Assembly: GCA_004431415.1 (NCBI GenBank)
Contig: QPMI01000602.1
Location: 124,001-188,000, forward strand
From: Cyanophora paradoxa CCMP329
Taxonomy: Eukaryota > Plantae > Glaucophyta
Direction: 5' to 3'
Length of the DNA stretch: 64,000 bases
Part shown: positions 13,362 to 25,847 of the stretch, one piece after another
Numbering within the stretch: position 1 is the first letter of the stretch
How the letters are laid out: every line of letters starts with the position of its first letter
Notes under the pieces: generated by a model
What the model was told of the DNA's origin: nothing
Database searches by the model: none
What the model saw: only the letters and a program-made list of their open reading frames with translations
Program-made: the position numbers and the translations under genes

Positions 13362-13593
13362 TCATGATCTCTCCTGCTCTTTACACGGTAGCTACACGCC
13401 CACATGCTACGTGCTGGTACCCGGGGGATGCCGGGCCCGTAGGGGGATAGTAGAGCAGTGCCAAGCTCGCAAGCCCCGAAGAACGAGGCGCAAACCGGGC
13501 TACCCCCGTCTGCGAGGCCTATCCTTGGAAGGCGGCCTACGCGATGAAGAAGAAAATAATACTACGGGCTATTCTAACCTAAGCTATCGCCGC

Positions 13594-13661
13594 GAAGACC
13601 TGCCGCGATCTTAAGCTAACCGGGCTAATACTACGTGAAGACCTGCCGCGATCTTAAGCTA
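13594..13661. repeat. 25-bp direct repeat pair
   Basis: gaagacctgccgcgatcttaagcta twice, 43 bp apart. Confidence 0.8.
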
Positions 13662-13715
13662 TCCATGGCCAGAACTTGATCGTAATTCTGATCAGTCGAC
13701 CTGGCCTTTGTCCTG

Positions 13716-13870
13716 GGGAGGGACCGGACTCTGTGGAAAAGTTGCAGGTGGCCGAGTTTGACACGGAGTGTAATCGTTGGTCCTTTTTGTTGGTTACAGA
13801 TGCCCCAAATGCCCGTACCGCATTTTCTGTCGCCGTCGTGGGCCAGACTCTTTACGTCTTAGGAGGAAAA
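13716..13870 (+). pseudogene. Isolated kelch-repeat exon fragment
   Basis: VAEFDTECNRWSFL..APNARTAFSVAVVGQTLYVLGG; no flanking gene model found. Confidence 0.55.
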
Positions 13871-14656
13871 GGTCTCCTTCAGCTCAACCTCGCCCTTCTC
13901 CCCCTGCAGCTGGGCCCTCCCTGCCCCTTAGCTAGCCTGTTTGTCTTTGCAACGAGATATATTTGCAATTGCTAAAGGAAGGAACAGACTATGAGAAACT
14001 TCGCAATAGCAAAGAAAGGCCTGCTACAACCTCCTCTGGCTTCATTATATAGTTAGACAAGCGAGTCCCGGGTCCCTGCGGAGCAGGAGTGGCCTTGGGG
14101 TCTTGGGGCTTCAAGGCGTGAGGGTGGCTGCTCTTTGTTTTAACCGGGGGCGCGCAACCGCGCGCGGTTACACAGGCGAGGGGGAGAGAAACAGGGGGGC
14201 CACTCAGCAAGGGTATACGTACACTCTCAAATGAGGTCCAAATTTTTTTTCTATAATCTCATTTCAAGTTCTGAAGTTTGCCAGAGGACAGGCACAGACC
14301 TAAGGGCCTCTCCTTTCCTGGCCCCAAGGTCGATATACGAATTTCGCTTTCTAAACTTTTGTACATGTTACCATAGTACAAGTGACCAATATTAATTAAT
14401 AATGCGCATGCAACATGTACAGACCTACTAGGCTAAGGGCCTCTCCTTTCCCCAAGGCCGCCCGGGCCCCGAGACGACCCCCCGCCGCCACAAGACGCGA
14501 GCGATGTATACGTATGCACCACGCCGTTTTAGGGGCCTCTGCGGCGCTGCTATACCTTTTCACCCTGGTCCACGGGCGTGTCTTTTGCTTCATCTCTCTC
14601 TCGTTAACGTTTGGGCACCTGCTGCTGCAGCTATAGCTATAGCTAGCTAGATCTAG

Positions 14657-15185
14657 AGTGTCCGCGGGGAGGCGCATTACTCTCCTTGGGGGCCACGCAG
14701 GGCCCAGCGCTAGCCGGCCAGCTTGCTGGTGGGCGCGGCTGGGCCCGCGGCCGCGGCGGCCGCTGTGTACATTCCCACACTCAGTGACTTGTAGCCCGGA
14801 CCTGCGTTTTAGTATGTGTCCCAATGCAAGACTAGACCCCCCTACATATACGTATATGCCATCCTTGCACAGCAACATCAAAAATTCCATGCAATTGGCA
14901 AGGTCGGACTTTGAATTCAATTTCGATTACGACTTGGTTGGGCTCCGCCACCGCCCTCAGACGACCCCGCCACTTCAAGATGCGATGCTGCGCCCGCAAT
15001 GCGGGCACCTCAGGGCCTGTAGCCAGTGTCCGCGGGAAGGCGCATTACTTCCCTCTGCAGCCGGGGGAACGCAGAGCCTGGCGCCGGCCGGCCAGCTTGC
15101 TGACATGGTGGGCTGGGCCCGCGGCGACGGCGGTCGCAGTGTACATCCCACACTTGTAGCCCAAATGTGTCCAAACGCTAGACCG
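14657..15185 (+). repeat. Two copies of a dispersed ~170-bp non-coding repeat family (core GTGTACATCCCACACTTGTAGCCCGGAC)
   Basis: Copies at 14657-14836 and 15025-15185; reverse copies at ~47328-47500, ~50206-50380, ~53344-53500, ~62430-62520; forward copies at 63318-63461. Confidence 0.8.
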
Positions 15186-15309
15186 AAGTCCATGACTCTC
15201 GCTCTGCAGACACCAGTGCCGAGTATTCCTGATCTGCAAGACTGTCCGCCTCCACGTCCACCTCGCTCTGAGAACAGCGTAGAAAGAGAAAACAGGTCAG
15301 ACGGTGGCT

Positions 15310-16934
15310 CAGAATTGAAGCTTCAAGCTGGAAAAACAAACGTTGATTTCTTCCAAATGTGTGCTCGTGTCACCAACATCGCTCAAGTAGGGAACGAAGG
15401 ATTCTTGCACCTCCGCCTGACCCTCTGCGTCCGCCACTGTCTGGGCCTTTTCGTCCAGAGCCACTGTACATGTATGCAGTTACTCAGTGGGGCGTGACTC
15501 AGTTTTTCGGATGTCAAAAACACGCACAGATCCTGAAGACAGTGCCATTGTCTTTCCCACCGCACATTTGCCGATCATCGCCTGTGCATGGAAGCTTGCA
15601 GGTTCCAGCTTTTTCCCCATACCTGCCGCACATGAGTAGACAAGAGAAGGGGGAAAGAGAGGGGGGGGAAGGGGGGGGAGGGAGGGAAGGGGGGGGGGGG
15701 GGGTTGGAATCCTCACTTCGCTACTTGTGGCCAAGCTCTTGAAGTGGGCAGCGTTATGTCAGAGAAAGAACGACGAGAGAAACCGACGAGAGAAACCGAT
15801 CACTTTTCGGCGTAGCACTTGTTCCCCTCCCTCAAGGAGATGAAATCCCCTGCTACAAACCCCTTCTGCAAACCGAGAGGCGCTCAACGACCGGCAAAGG
15901 GGGCTCTCGGCAGCCTCAGGACCACGCACTGCTTTTGCATTCGCCTGTCCCGAGGGATTGGGGAGTAGGTGAGGGGCGTGCACCAGACGACGCAGAGGCT
16001 CGCATCCAACTGGACACAGCGGCGGCTTACCAAGCACTTCGAGATGGTCATGGTCTTCGATGTCTTCACGAGGGTGCGTGCGGCAGGGTCGGCAGGGGAG
16101 TCTCCAAAGCAGCCTGCACCCGGCTCGCGTCTGAGCGCGGGGCAGGGCGGGACAGGGCCGGCCGGGTGGAAAGCACCGATATATTGAGCTATAGGGGTCG
16201 TCTTGTACAAGGACAAATGCCCGAAGCCGCCGCACTTTGTCGTCTCTCCCGAGCACGTTGCGGGACACTTGTCCGCGGGGGCGCCGCCCGGGCTGTGCTT
16301 CAGGGCGAGCCGCAACTCGTTCTAGACGGGAGCAGCGGCGCGTGAGTATGAGCATGCGCGCCGTAGACGCGCGCAGCGGCGCGTGAGAACGATGGATCTG
16401 GGCCGTGCGTGGCAGCACCAGGCGCACCGTGCCCCAGCACTGCGTCCCGTACTGCCCTTGCTCCAGCCCGAACACGCGGAACTGTAGGAGCGTGCGTCAG
16501 TGCTGCGAGCTCAGTCTGCCCGCAGCGGAGGCACTGGGCTTACACCGTGGAACTTCGCTAGCTCGTTACACTTCCCAGAGTTCATCTGTGGCCCCTGGCC
16601 GAGATAGCTGCGACGGCAATGTAAGCGAAGGGCTTTTTGCGAGTACGATTTAGAGCGCTGCTAGGACTAGGGCGCCGAGGCTGGGGCGGACTAGGGGGCC
16701 GCGCGATCCTCCTTGAAGTCGGCGCTGCGAACAGCAGTCAGAGGTGACTGCGCATCTCACGTGACTAATGCAGGATCTGGCGCACTAGCATCCAAGATAC
16801 AGCTCCGGCGGAAGCGCTTTCGGCGATGCGAAGGCAGACGCGGCCGCCTGAGCTGCCGCTGCAACTGCCGTTGTCGAGGTAGCAGCTGATGTCACCGGTG
16901 CAACTGATGCAGTCGGTGCAACGGCCGCGGCCAT
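15310..16934 (-). CDS. WSC-domain (carbohydrate-binding) protein with two WSC repeats; both ends approximate
   Basis: Spliced: PPELYLGCY/ADFKEDRAAPY/YLGQGPQMNSGKCNELAKFH/FRVFGLEQGQYGTQCWG..KCPATCSGETTKCGGFGHLSLY; second repeat YIG/CFGDSP..MTISKC..CKLPCTGDDRQMCGGKDNGTVFRI; Ala/Thr/Ser-rich N-terminus. Confidence 0.78.
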
Positions 16935-17416
16935 GGTGCACAGCAGGCGCTAGCTGCGGCCGGCCGCCGACTGCCACACTGACAGCAGGCGCTGATGAAA
17001 GGTCCGGACGCGGTATCCCCCCCTCGGTGCACAGTGCACACTGCACAACTCCGCTGTCGGCGACCGGGCACGCCTGCGTGCTCTTGGCTTCTCCTAGCGA
17101 ACCGCTGATCGAGTTAGAGCGCCGCGGAAGCGCTGCAGCGAGTTGGGCGCGCCAGTTGGCGGCGCGTCGCCGACCAGCCACTTGAGCCACTGAGCCAGCC
17201 GGAGCGACCAGCGCCGCTTAGGTCAGCAGTGGCATCGCTGAGCTGAGCAATTCGAGCAAGCGAAACGCAACACGGACGTTTTTTTTGCTAAGCGTCCAGC
17301 CGCTGAGCGTCCGAATCAGGCAGCACTGTTTCGCGCCCAGTACGTTCGGCTGGCATAAGCGCTCGAAAGCAAGCCAAAGCTAGAGCGGACGGCGGTCGGC
17401 CTCCAGGCCGCTTGAG

Positions 17417-20385
17417 ATGGGAGGCGGCCGGTCGAAGCCGCGCCCGCCTCCGGTCTGCTGCCATGCGCTCGCTGCTCCGTCAATGCCCCCTCTGACGCAT
17501 ATCGCTGCCTGCGCTTCGGTTATCTTTGATGCAGCCGCCCCCAGTGCGTCGCCTCCCTCGACGCAACTCGCTCATATTGTTTGCTGAGGGCCGCTCGCAG
17601 GTCCACCCGAAGCCCATCCCTCCGCCCCCGCCCCCGCCCCCGCCGCCCCCTCCTCCACCTCCCCCGCGTACTCGGCCCGTGCCCCGCTCGCACGCCGCGC
17701 CGCTGAGCGCGACCTTCGCGCAGCGCCCCCGCCGCCCATCCTGATCAAGCCGCCCGATGGCCCTGCCGTCACGGAGACTGCGTCGGTCCCGCGGCAGCTC
17801 CCGAACGGCCGGGAGATTTACACAGCGGGAACGCCCCAGTTCTCCAGTGAGCACCGCCCCGCGCGCCCTCCGCGCACCCCGCAGGCCCCCGAATCCGACG
17901 GACGGCAGGGGGCGAGGTGAAAACGCTCATCCGGGACATATTCAAGGGGGATCTCGACCTGGCCAAGGTGCGGCGGGGCGGCGTCCCCGCCCTCGACCGG
18001 CGCTCTGACCCGGGGGGTGCAGGTGGAGCTGGGCAAGGACAACCCGAAGGTCCTCAGCATACCGCAGGCCGTCCGCTCGTGCGCCGTCCCGGCCGCTGCC
18101 GCGCCCGCCCGCGGCGGCGGCCGAGCCGGCGGTCTGCAGCTACATGAAGGCGCTGTGCCAGGGGTCGCCCCGCTTCGGCGGCGACAAGCTGCCCCTCAAG
18201 CTCGATTGCACGGTCAACTCCACCCCGCCCCGCCCCCCCCCCCGCCGGCCCTCGGCGAGGCGCGCGGCGTGACGCTCCGCCAGATGGCCGGCAACGACCT
18301 CGAGAACAGTCCTGACTTCGCCGTCACGCCGGGCGAGTTCAAGGTCCGGCCCCGGCCCCTCCCCACCCCGCCTACCGGCCGCACTGACGACACTCTCGCG
18401 CAGTATCTGAAGCTAGCACCCCCCAGTGCGGCCCCGCCTCCGCCGTGCACAAGCCCCGAGTACTGTATCTGAATGGGCCTGCGCTCTTTCCGGCAGGCGG
18501 GCGCCCCGGCCAGGTCGTGCACGCGTGTGCGTCTCCTATTTTTCCCCCTCCCACCCCCTCCCCCCCCTCCCTCCCCCCCTCCCCCCCTCATCCTCCCCCC
18601 TTCGACGCGCCCGGGCCGCAGCTGCGGAGAACGACAGCCCGCTGCCCCAGACGGAGACCATCTCGAAGTCGACCATCGTGAAGGAGTCGCGTGCGTGTAC
18701 CCCCGCCGCCCGCCGCCCGCTGCCGCACGACGCGCGCTATTTGCGCACATGCTGCAGATTCGTTCAAATCGTCGAAGAGGTGAGGCGGAGCCCGCGCCCG
18801 CGCCCGCGCTTCGAAAAGGGAGAGCCGACCCGCCCCCGCCGGCAGCATCGACACGGGCACGAAGACAGAGGCGGTGGCGGACGTGAAGGTTCGCGCCCCG
18901 CGGCGGCCGCCGCCCGCGGCCTGTACCCCTGAGCCCCGCGCCAGATCCCCGCGACCGGCGCCTCGGCCACCTCCCGGGCCTCCGCGTACTTCTCGGTACC
19001 CCGCCCGCCCGCCCGCCGGCCCGCCGGCCCGGTCTCGTGACGTCCCCGGCAGTTCAAGACGAGCGAGGACAAGGCGCAGACGGTCGAGACGACGTCGAAG
19101 CTGGAGCTCACCAAGGCGCGCGCCTCGCCGCCCAGGCGGCCACGCGGGGCTCACCCGGGGCGCGCAGGTCGTCAACCTTCCTCCCTACTCCAAGGCGGAC
19201 GTGGTGTGGACGGTGACGGAGGGGAACGTCGACCTCCCCTGGGAGCTCAAGGTCGACATCCAGGGGTACCGCGACACCGCGTCTCCGCGGCGGCCTCCTA
19301 GCTCACGCCGGGGCGCAGCAACTTCCGGTTCTTCACGTACAAGATGCCGACGGACCGCTTCCAGCTGAACTACTGCGGGCACGCGATGCGCGCTTACTTC
19401 GAGCAGGCCCGCCGACACCGCCGCTTGCCCCGCCCATCCCCCTCCCTCGCCCCCTTACCCTCCCCGTCATGCGAGCAGAAGCACTTCTACGCGGACGGCG
19501 GTGCGAACATGGCGGACGGGCTCCCCGACTACCTCCAGACGTGCGGCCTCAACTTCGTCACCATACCCGTCTGCGAGGCCCTGGTGCACCACGCCCGCCC
19601 CTCCTCTCCCCAGCACTTGAGCTCGCCTCATTCCGGCCGCCCCCCTCCGTCCCACCTCCCTCCCTCCCCCTCTCCAGGTCTGGTACAAGAAAGTGAAGCC
19701 GGAGGGCGCGGCGTCAGACTTCCGCAAGTGCACGTTCACCATCCCCGGGCGATACAAGCGCGCCCCAACGCTTTCCCCTCGAAACGAGGACGTGGGGCTG
19801 ACGGCCGCCGCGCAGAGGCGTGACGGCAACTCGCGTCAAGGCACAGGTCGAGGTGCGCTTCGCGCCCGACACGTGATTCGCCACCCCCCCCTCTCCCCCC
19901 TCCCTTCCACACACACACAACCCCCCCCTTCCCCCCCCCCTCTTCGCCGAGCGCGAGGGGCGACGCGGCGGTAGACGAAGCCGCTGGACGAGGAGCTGGA
20001 CGACTGGCAGGAGGCGCTGTACCGTGGCCAGAAGCTCGCCCCGCACCAGAGCATGCAGCTCCCCAAGCACGACAAGGCGCGCCGCCCGCGCCGCTTCCGC
20101 CTGCGCCGCTCACGCCGGCCGGGCCGCACAGCTCGTGGATATCGATGCTCATGTCGTCCCTTACGACGCGGCGGAGGCCGTCGAGCCCCACGCCGTATCT
20201 GACCCAAGGTCCGCGTCCGCTGTTGTGAAGAGCTCGCCTCAATCCGCCGCCCCTGCCCACGCGCGCCCCCCAGCGCCCTGGAGGACGCTTTCGCGGAGGG
20301 CGAGGCAGGGGCCTTCCTCACCGCCATCGCGGACCACTCGGCGATCCACATACACCTCGAGGACTACAGCCACCCAATCGCATGA
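17417..20385 (+). CDS. Aerolysin/ETX-MTX2-like beta-pore-forming protein A (MGGGRS start, poly-Pro)
   Basis: ~20 small exons: ENDSPLPQTETISKSTIVKES..IDTGTKTEAVADVK/IPATGASATSRASAYFS/FKTSEDKAQTVETTSKLELTK/VVNLPPYSKADVVWTVTEGNVDLPWELKV..IPGRYK/GVTATRVKAQVE. Confidence 0.72.
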
Positions 20386-21499
20386 CCCGTCGCGTCGCCT
20401 CTTTTTGAAAAATTCTTAAAGCGATGGTTGCATTGCTGCGGCCCAGCCTGGCAGAACCACGCTTCTCGTGCTGCCGGAGCACACCTCGAAGGCCCCACTT
20501 ACCTTCAGCGAAGAGCCCCTGATCATGAGCAAGGCCGTGCATTCCAAGGCTTCAGTGGTGCTCGAGTTCACCTGGTGTGGCCGCTAGGCCATGCATGATG
20601 CACTGCCAGGCTGCCAGGCTGCCGTGCTGGTGCCCGGCCGGTAAAGGACCCGGGAAATGATCTCCAGTAACTCACTGTCAGTCAGGGCCACCGTGATTAA
20701 TATTGAAGTCGGGCCGCCGGGCTCCGGATCCGAGGCTCATGATCAACCGGATCTCAGTGTGATTCAGTGTGCGACGGCGGAGGGGGGGGGGGGGGGGGGG
20801 GGGGGGTGCGTGGCCACGGGGGGCCCTAGCTATAGGCCTAGCTATAGGCGGGCCTCAAGCTCACGCCGTGACGTGCATTATATATATGTATCGGATATCA
20901 CTATACGTATATATACGTCTATAATTACGATCGCGATCATGTCACGTGCACGGGATCCGGGGGAGCACTATATATAGCCTAGTAGCTACCTGGCCGCCGA
21001 GCCGGCCACCTTCATCTGTTGCGCGAGGTGCACCTGCACTGCGGCAGCTGCAGATCTGGATGATGCGGTCGGCAGCCTGCCGCGGCCGGCCTGAACCGGA
21101 TCCGTCGGACTGCCGGACTCGGCTGGGCCCTCTGCAGCTGCTTTCCATTCCCCTCCGCTCTGCTTTCTGCCAGGGGCCCCACTGACTCACTGCCACTCGC
21201 TCCTCCCACCCGTCGGCACGGCGACCGCGCCCCCACCCGGAGTTCCCAACGGCGCTGAGTATGACAGCAGAGGGGGCAGCACCTCTGCAGGTCCGCCATG
21301 GCCAGGCGCACCGCATGCGCATGCAGTCCGAGCTCCGGCGGCCCGGAGCGGTCTGGAGCCCCAGAGCGGATCCTGGACCGCCAAGCAGCGCAGAATACCC
21401 ATAGTAATGTAGAACTGATGTATACCGGGCGAGATTCGGGGGCAATGTACAGGTGGCCTGGCGAGCCACTGGCGGGGCGGGACGCGTGGAAGACGGGGG

Positions 21500-22127
21500 C
21501 TAGCAAAGCCGCGGCATCTGTTGCGCTGGCGGATGAGCAAATGGAGCGATGAGGACGGAGCGCCCGGGAAGGCGCACCTTGATGCCAAGGTGCGCCTCCA
21601 TGACAGAATGAAGGCTCGGCGGCATCTGCTCAGCATTCGCGGGATCTGCGCGCGGCAAAGCGGGTGAGAACGACCGCATGACCGCAAACCAGCGCTCGTT
21701 GGCCCCGCACCGCCGAGGATGTCCTCGAATGTCAGGTCGTCGTCGACGCCAAGCATTGTGTCCAAGGCGACGAACGAGCTCTGCAAGCCTGGTAGCCGGT
21801 GGAACTGCGAGAGGATCTTCTGCTCCATCTGTTGCCTGAGCGGGAACTGCGCGCCGTAGACGTTCGACAGCATGGCCTGCTTCTGCTCATGGCAGAGGTT
21901 CCGCCACTGCGGGGCCGTCAGAGGCGCGAGGTCCCGCCCACGATGCCACGCCGCACCGTCTTCTGCACGACCGCAACGGGATGTACGGATGTGCATTCGG
22001 CCTTGACGGAGCTGAAGCCCTCGCGGAGAGGGTCCGCCAGGTAACCCGTCTTCAGCTGCGCGATCTGCTCCTGCGTTGGCTGTCAGGGCGAGCCGGGACA
22101 TCGGAGGCAGACGAGGCCGCGGACCAT
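21500..22127 (-). CDS. UMP1: Proteasome maturation factor UMP1/POMP
   Basis: DPLREGFSSVK..HPV, LSNVYGAQFPLRQQMEQKILSQFHRLPGLQSSFVALDTMLG.DDDLTFEDIL; first coding exon is the ATG alone. Confidence 0.88.
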
Positions 22128-22357
22128 TTGCCTTGCTCGGACTAGGTCGAAGTGCTGTACCCCGCTCAAACTTCTCCGACAGGGAGGTGCGTGCGCAAAT
22201 CTGTTCATTTGATCATTAGCCCTCCGATCGAGCATCGTCAATGGCGACTTGATTCGCAAGCTGCAGAGCCCCGGGCACCGAGGAGCGACAAAGAGGGAGT
22301 ACAGCGAAATCCTGAAGAGCCACGTGGGGGGTACGCTCCGCACTTCTGTTCGGTAAA

Positions 22358-24425
22358 ATGTCGGCGGCTTTCGCGGTCACCGCGCTCCCGGTTGCGGCCA
22401 AGGCGGTTGCGGGTGCCTCGAGCACCGTCTGCACGGCCTCGCCGAAGGTAACCGCCGCCCCGGACCGGCCGCGCGCATCTCCTCGCTGAATTATTATCGG
22501 CTAGGTCTCGCGGTCGCAGCTCCAGGCCAAGCAGTTCGTTGGCCTTAAGGCCACCAATGGCCTGTTCAAGAGCGCCAACCCGAACGCGACCCTGTTCGAG
22601 GCGGCTGCCCCGGCGAACGACACCCGCATGCGCATGTCGGCGAGCAGCACTGCCACCGGGCCGATCGAGAAGTCGCTGGCCGACAAGTTCAACGACCTGC
22701 GTGCGTTGCGCACTAGATCGTGATCGCATAGATGATCGCCGATCTTGTCGGCCACGGCTGATCGCGGATGCTTCCGCCCTCCCTCGCAGCCCAGGGCGGC
22801 AAGATCATGGCCGAGTACGTCTGGATCGACGGCACTGGCGAGAACACTCGGTCCAAGACCCGGGTAATCACCGCGCAGTCGTCGATCCGACATATCTCCG
22901 TCTCTTACGCAGCCGCGCGCGCCCAGACCCTGACGTCCATCCCCAAGTCGCCCGCGGATCTCCCCCTCTGGAACTTCGGTGCGCCGCAGACCCAGAGCTG
23001 CGGGCTAGATGCATCTTAAGGTCGGATCGGAGCCCGAGGGGCGATAGATCGCTACGCAACCGCTGTTTGTCGTTCAGTTTAGCAGGAGGCCGTGCAAGAA
23101 GACCGAACCCGCTAGCTCGGGCGGCGTCGGTGGATCGGATCTCACGCGCGGCTCGCAGATGGCTCCAGCACTGGCCAGGCCCCCGGCAACGACTCTGAGG
23201 TCATCCTCAAGCCTCAGGCCATCTACCGCGACCCGTTCCGCCGTGGCGACAACATCATTGTGCGCGCTGCTTCGTGCAAGCAGTTGCACACCGCCCCCGC
23301 TCACGCGTTTTTGTGCACAGGTCCTCTGCGACTGCTACAGTGCGCGACGCCGCGTCTGAGCGGGCCCGGCCGAGCTCCTTTCTCACGTAGCGCCGCTCGC
23401 CCGCAGAGCCCAACGGCGAGCCGATCGACAACAACACCCGCTTCAACGCCGAGAAGGCCATGAACGCCGCCAAGGATCTGAAGCCGTGGTTCGGCATTGA
23501 GCAGGAGTACACCCTGTTCTCGGTCCGCGCCTGCTCGAGCGCTCCTTTCCCCGCCCGGGCTCACGGTCGGCGCTGGGGAGCAGAAGTCGAAGTGGCCGCT
23601 CGGCTGGCCGGAGGGCGGCTACCCCGGCCCCCAGGGCCCGTACTACTGCGGCGCTGGCTACGATAAGGTTTTCGGCCGTGAGGTCGCGGACGCGCACTAC
23701 AAGGCCCGCCCCGCTCTCTCTCTCTTCCTTTCCTTTCCTTTCCGCGCGGTCGCCTGACTTGGACGCGCGCAGGCGTGCCTGTACGCCGGCGTGAACATCT
23801 CCGGTGTCAACGCCGAGGTCATGCCCGGCCAGTGGGAGTTCCAGGTGGGCCCCTGCGAGGGCATCGCCGGCGGCGACCAGATCTGGATCGCCCGCTACCT
23901 CATGGAGCGCGTCTGCGAGGAGATCGGCGTGATCGTCTCGTTCGACCCGAAGCCGATGGAGGGCGACTGGAACGGCGCCGGCTGCCACACCAACTACTCC
24001 ACCGAGCCGATGCGTAACGAGGGCGGCTGGGAGATCATCAAGCAGGCCCTCGAGAAGCTCGAGAAGAAGCACATGGAGCACATCGCCGTCTACGGCCGCG
24101 GCAACGAGCGCCGCCTCACCGGCAAGCACGAGACCGCGCCGATCACCCAGTTCTCCTGGGGCGTCGCCAACCGCGGCTGTGCGCAATCTCGCCCCCCTTC
24201 TCCCGCCCCTCTCTGAGTCTACGAGCGCGCAGGCTCCATCCGCATCCCGCGGAGCACCGAGGCGGAGGGCAAGGGCTACCTCGAGGACCGCCGCCCGGCC
24301 TCCAACATGGACCCGTACATCGTCACTGCCAAGCTCGTCGAGACCACCTGCCGTGCGCCCCATTCAAATCTTCCCAGCAGCTGAAGTGACGCACGCCTCA
24401 CCGTCTCTTCAACGCCGCAGTGTAA
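22358..24425 (+). CDS. GLN: Glutamine synthetase type II with plastid transit peptide
   Basis: MSAAFAV..; [75 protein letters not shown]. Confidence 0.96.
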
Positions 24426-25096
24426 AGGCTCGGCCCCTCTTCGGACCCTGTACCAACATTTGCTTTGCAATTTTGCTTACGAAGTCCGCGGCCAGCTTCA
24501 AGGCTTAGGTCCAGGTCGCACATGTCCGTCAGTTCGCATGTTCGCAGTTCCAGGGCTAGGGCGGCCCAGCGCCCAGGCTTTTTACTGTTGTTTCAACTTG
24601 CAAGTGTACAATTTTCGTGGCGGACGCTGTCGGGCGCTTCGTGGCAAATTAATTTTTCTTGATTTCATCACCTTTACCTGGCTCAGCGGCTCAGTCCCGG
24701 GAGCCTCAGGGCGTAGGAGATCTAGAGCATGCCATGATGCATCTGCCATGCCCCGCCATTTCATCATTGCATGATCAGTCAGCGTCCGACGGTTGATATT
24801 ATTACTAAGTTATCATGGTCATGGCATGCGTGTTTATCATGATCATAGTATACGTACGAGCTGGTGATCCGACGATCGGCCCGTCGGCGCACGCAGCCTG
24901 GCTCCGGCCGCCGGCGCCGGGCCGCGCCGGGCATGCGCAGCCGCCGGCCGCTGACTCTGAGGCTCAGTGAGCTCTGCAACTTGGCAACGCGTACGGCCGC
25001 GGCCGCCGCATTGTAGCATTGTACATGTGTACGTACGTGTACGTATACGTGCACGAGCCGTGTTGCTAGGGCCCTTTACTAGTTATCGCGAGCTCT

Positions 25097-25745
25097 AGGG
25101 CTTTTTGCGATTACGATTTAGAGCGCTGCTAGGACTAGCCTAGTAGGGCGCCGAGGCTGGGGCGGACTAGGGGGCCGCGCGATCCGATGATCTTCCTTGA
25201 AGTCGGCGCTGCGAACAGCAGTCAGATCTGAAGGTGACTGCGCATCTCACGTGACTAATGCAGGATCTGGCGCACTAGCATCCAAGATACAGCTCCGGCG
25301 GAAGCGCTTTCGGCGATGCGAAGGCAGACGCGGCCGCCTGAGCTGCCGCTGCAACTGCCGTTGTCGAGGTAGCAGCTGATGTCACCGGTGCAACTGATGC
25401 AGCCGGTGCAACGGCCGCGGCCATTGTGCACAGCAGGCGCTGCGGCCGGCCGCCGACTGCCACACAGGCCCACACTGACAGCAGGCGCTGATGAAAGGTC
25501 CGGACGCGGTATCCCCCCCTCGGTGCACACTGCACAACTCCGCTCTCGGCGACCGGGCACGCCTGCGCGCTCTTGGCTTCTCCTAGCGAACCGCTGATCG
25601 AGTTAGAGCTCCGCGGAAGCGCTGCAGCGAGTTGGGCGGGCCAGTTGGCGGCGCCTCGAACCCCAGCCCAGCTGTGGGAGCCGGCCAGAGCAATAGGCGT
25701 TGTCTGATCTGACAATTGCTGAGCTGGGCGATCCGAGCAAGCGGC
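25097..25745 (-). pseudogene. Duplicated 5' part and upstream region of the WSC gene (copy of ~16629-17270)
   Basis: Near-identical to 16629-17165; truncated at 25097; +8 insertion at 25185-25192 frameshifts the ADFKEDR exon. Confidence 0.8.
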
Positions 25746-25847
25746 TGCACGTCACGCTGGAGCGGCGGGGACATACTCCATCTAGCGCGTCAAGCTAGCG
25801 ATTGGAAGCGCCGCGCGTCCGACACTCAAGCTAAATAACCACCACGG

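Noticed and set aside
16629-17270. Transposon-like repeat shared with 25097-25745
   Set aside because: It splices in frame into the WSC gene (YLGCY/ADFKEDR), so it is a gene 5' end and its duplicate; no TIRs seen
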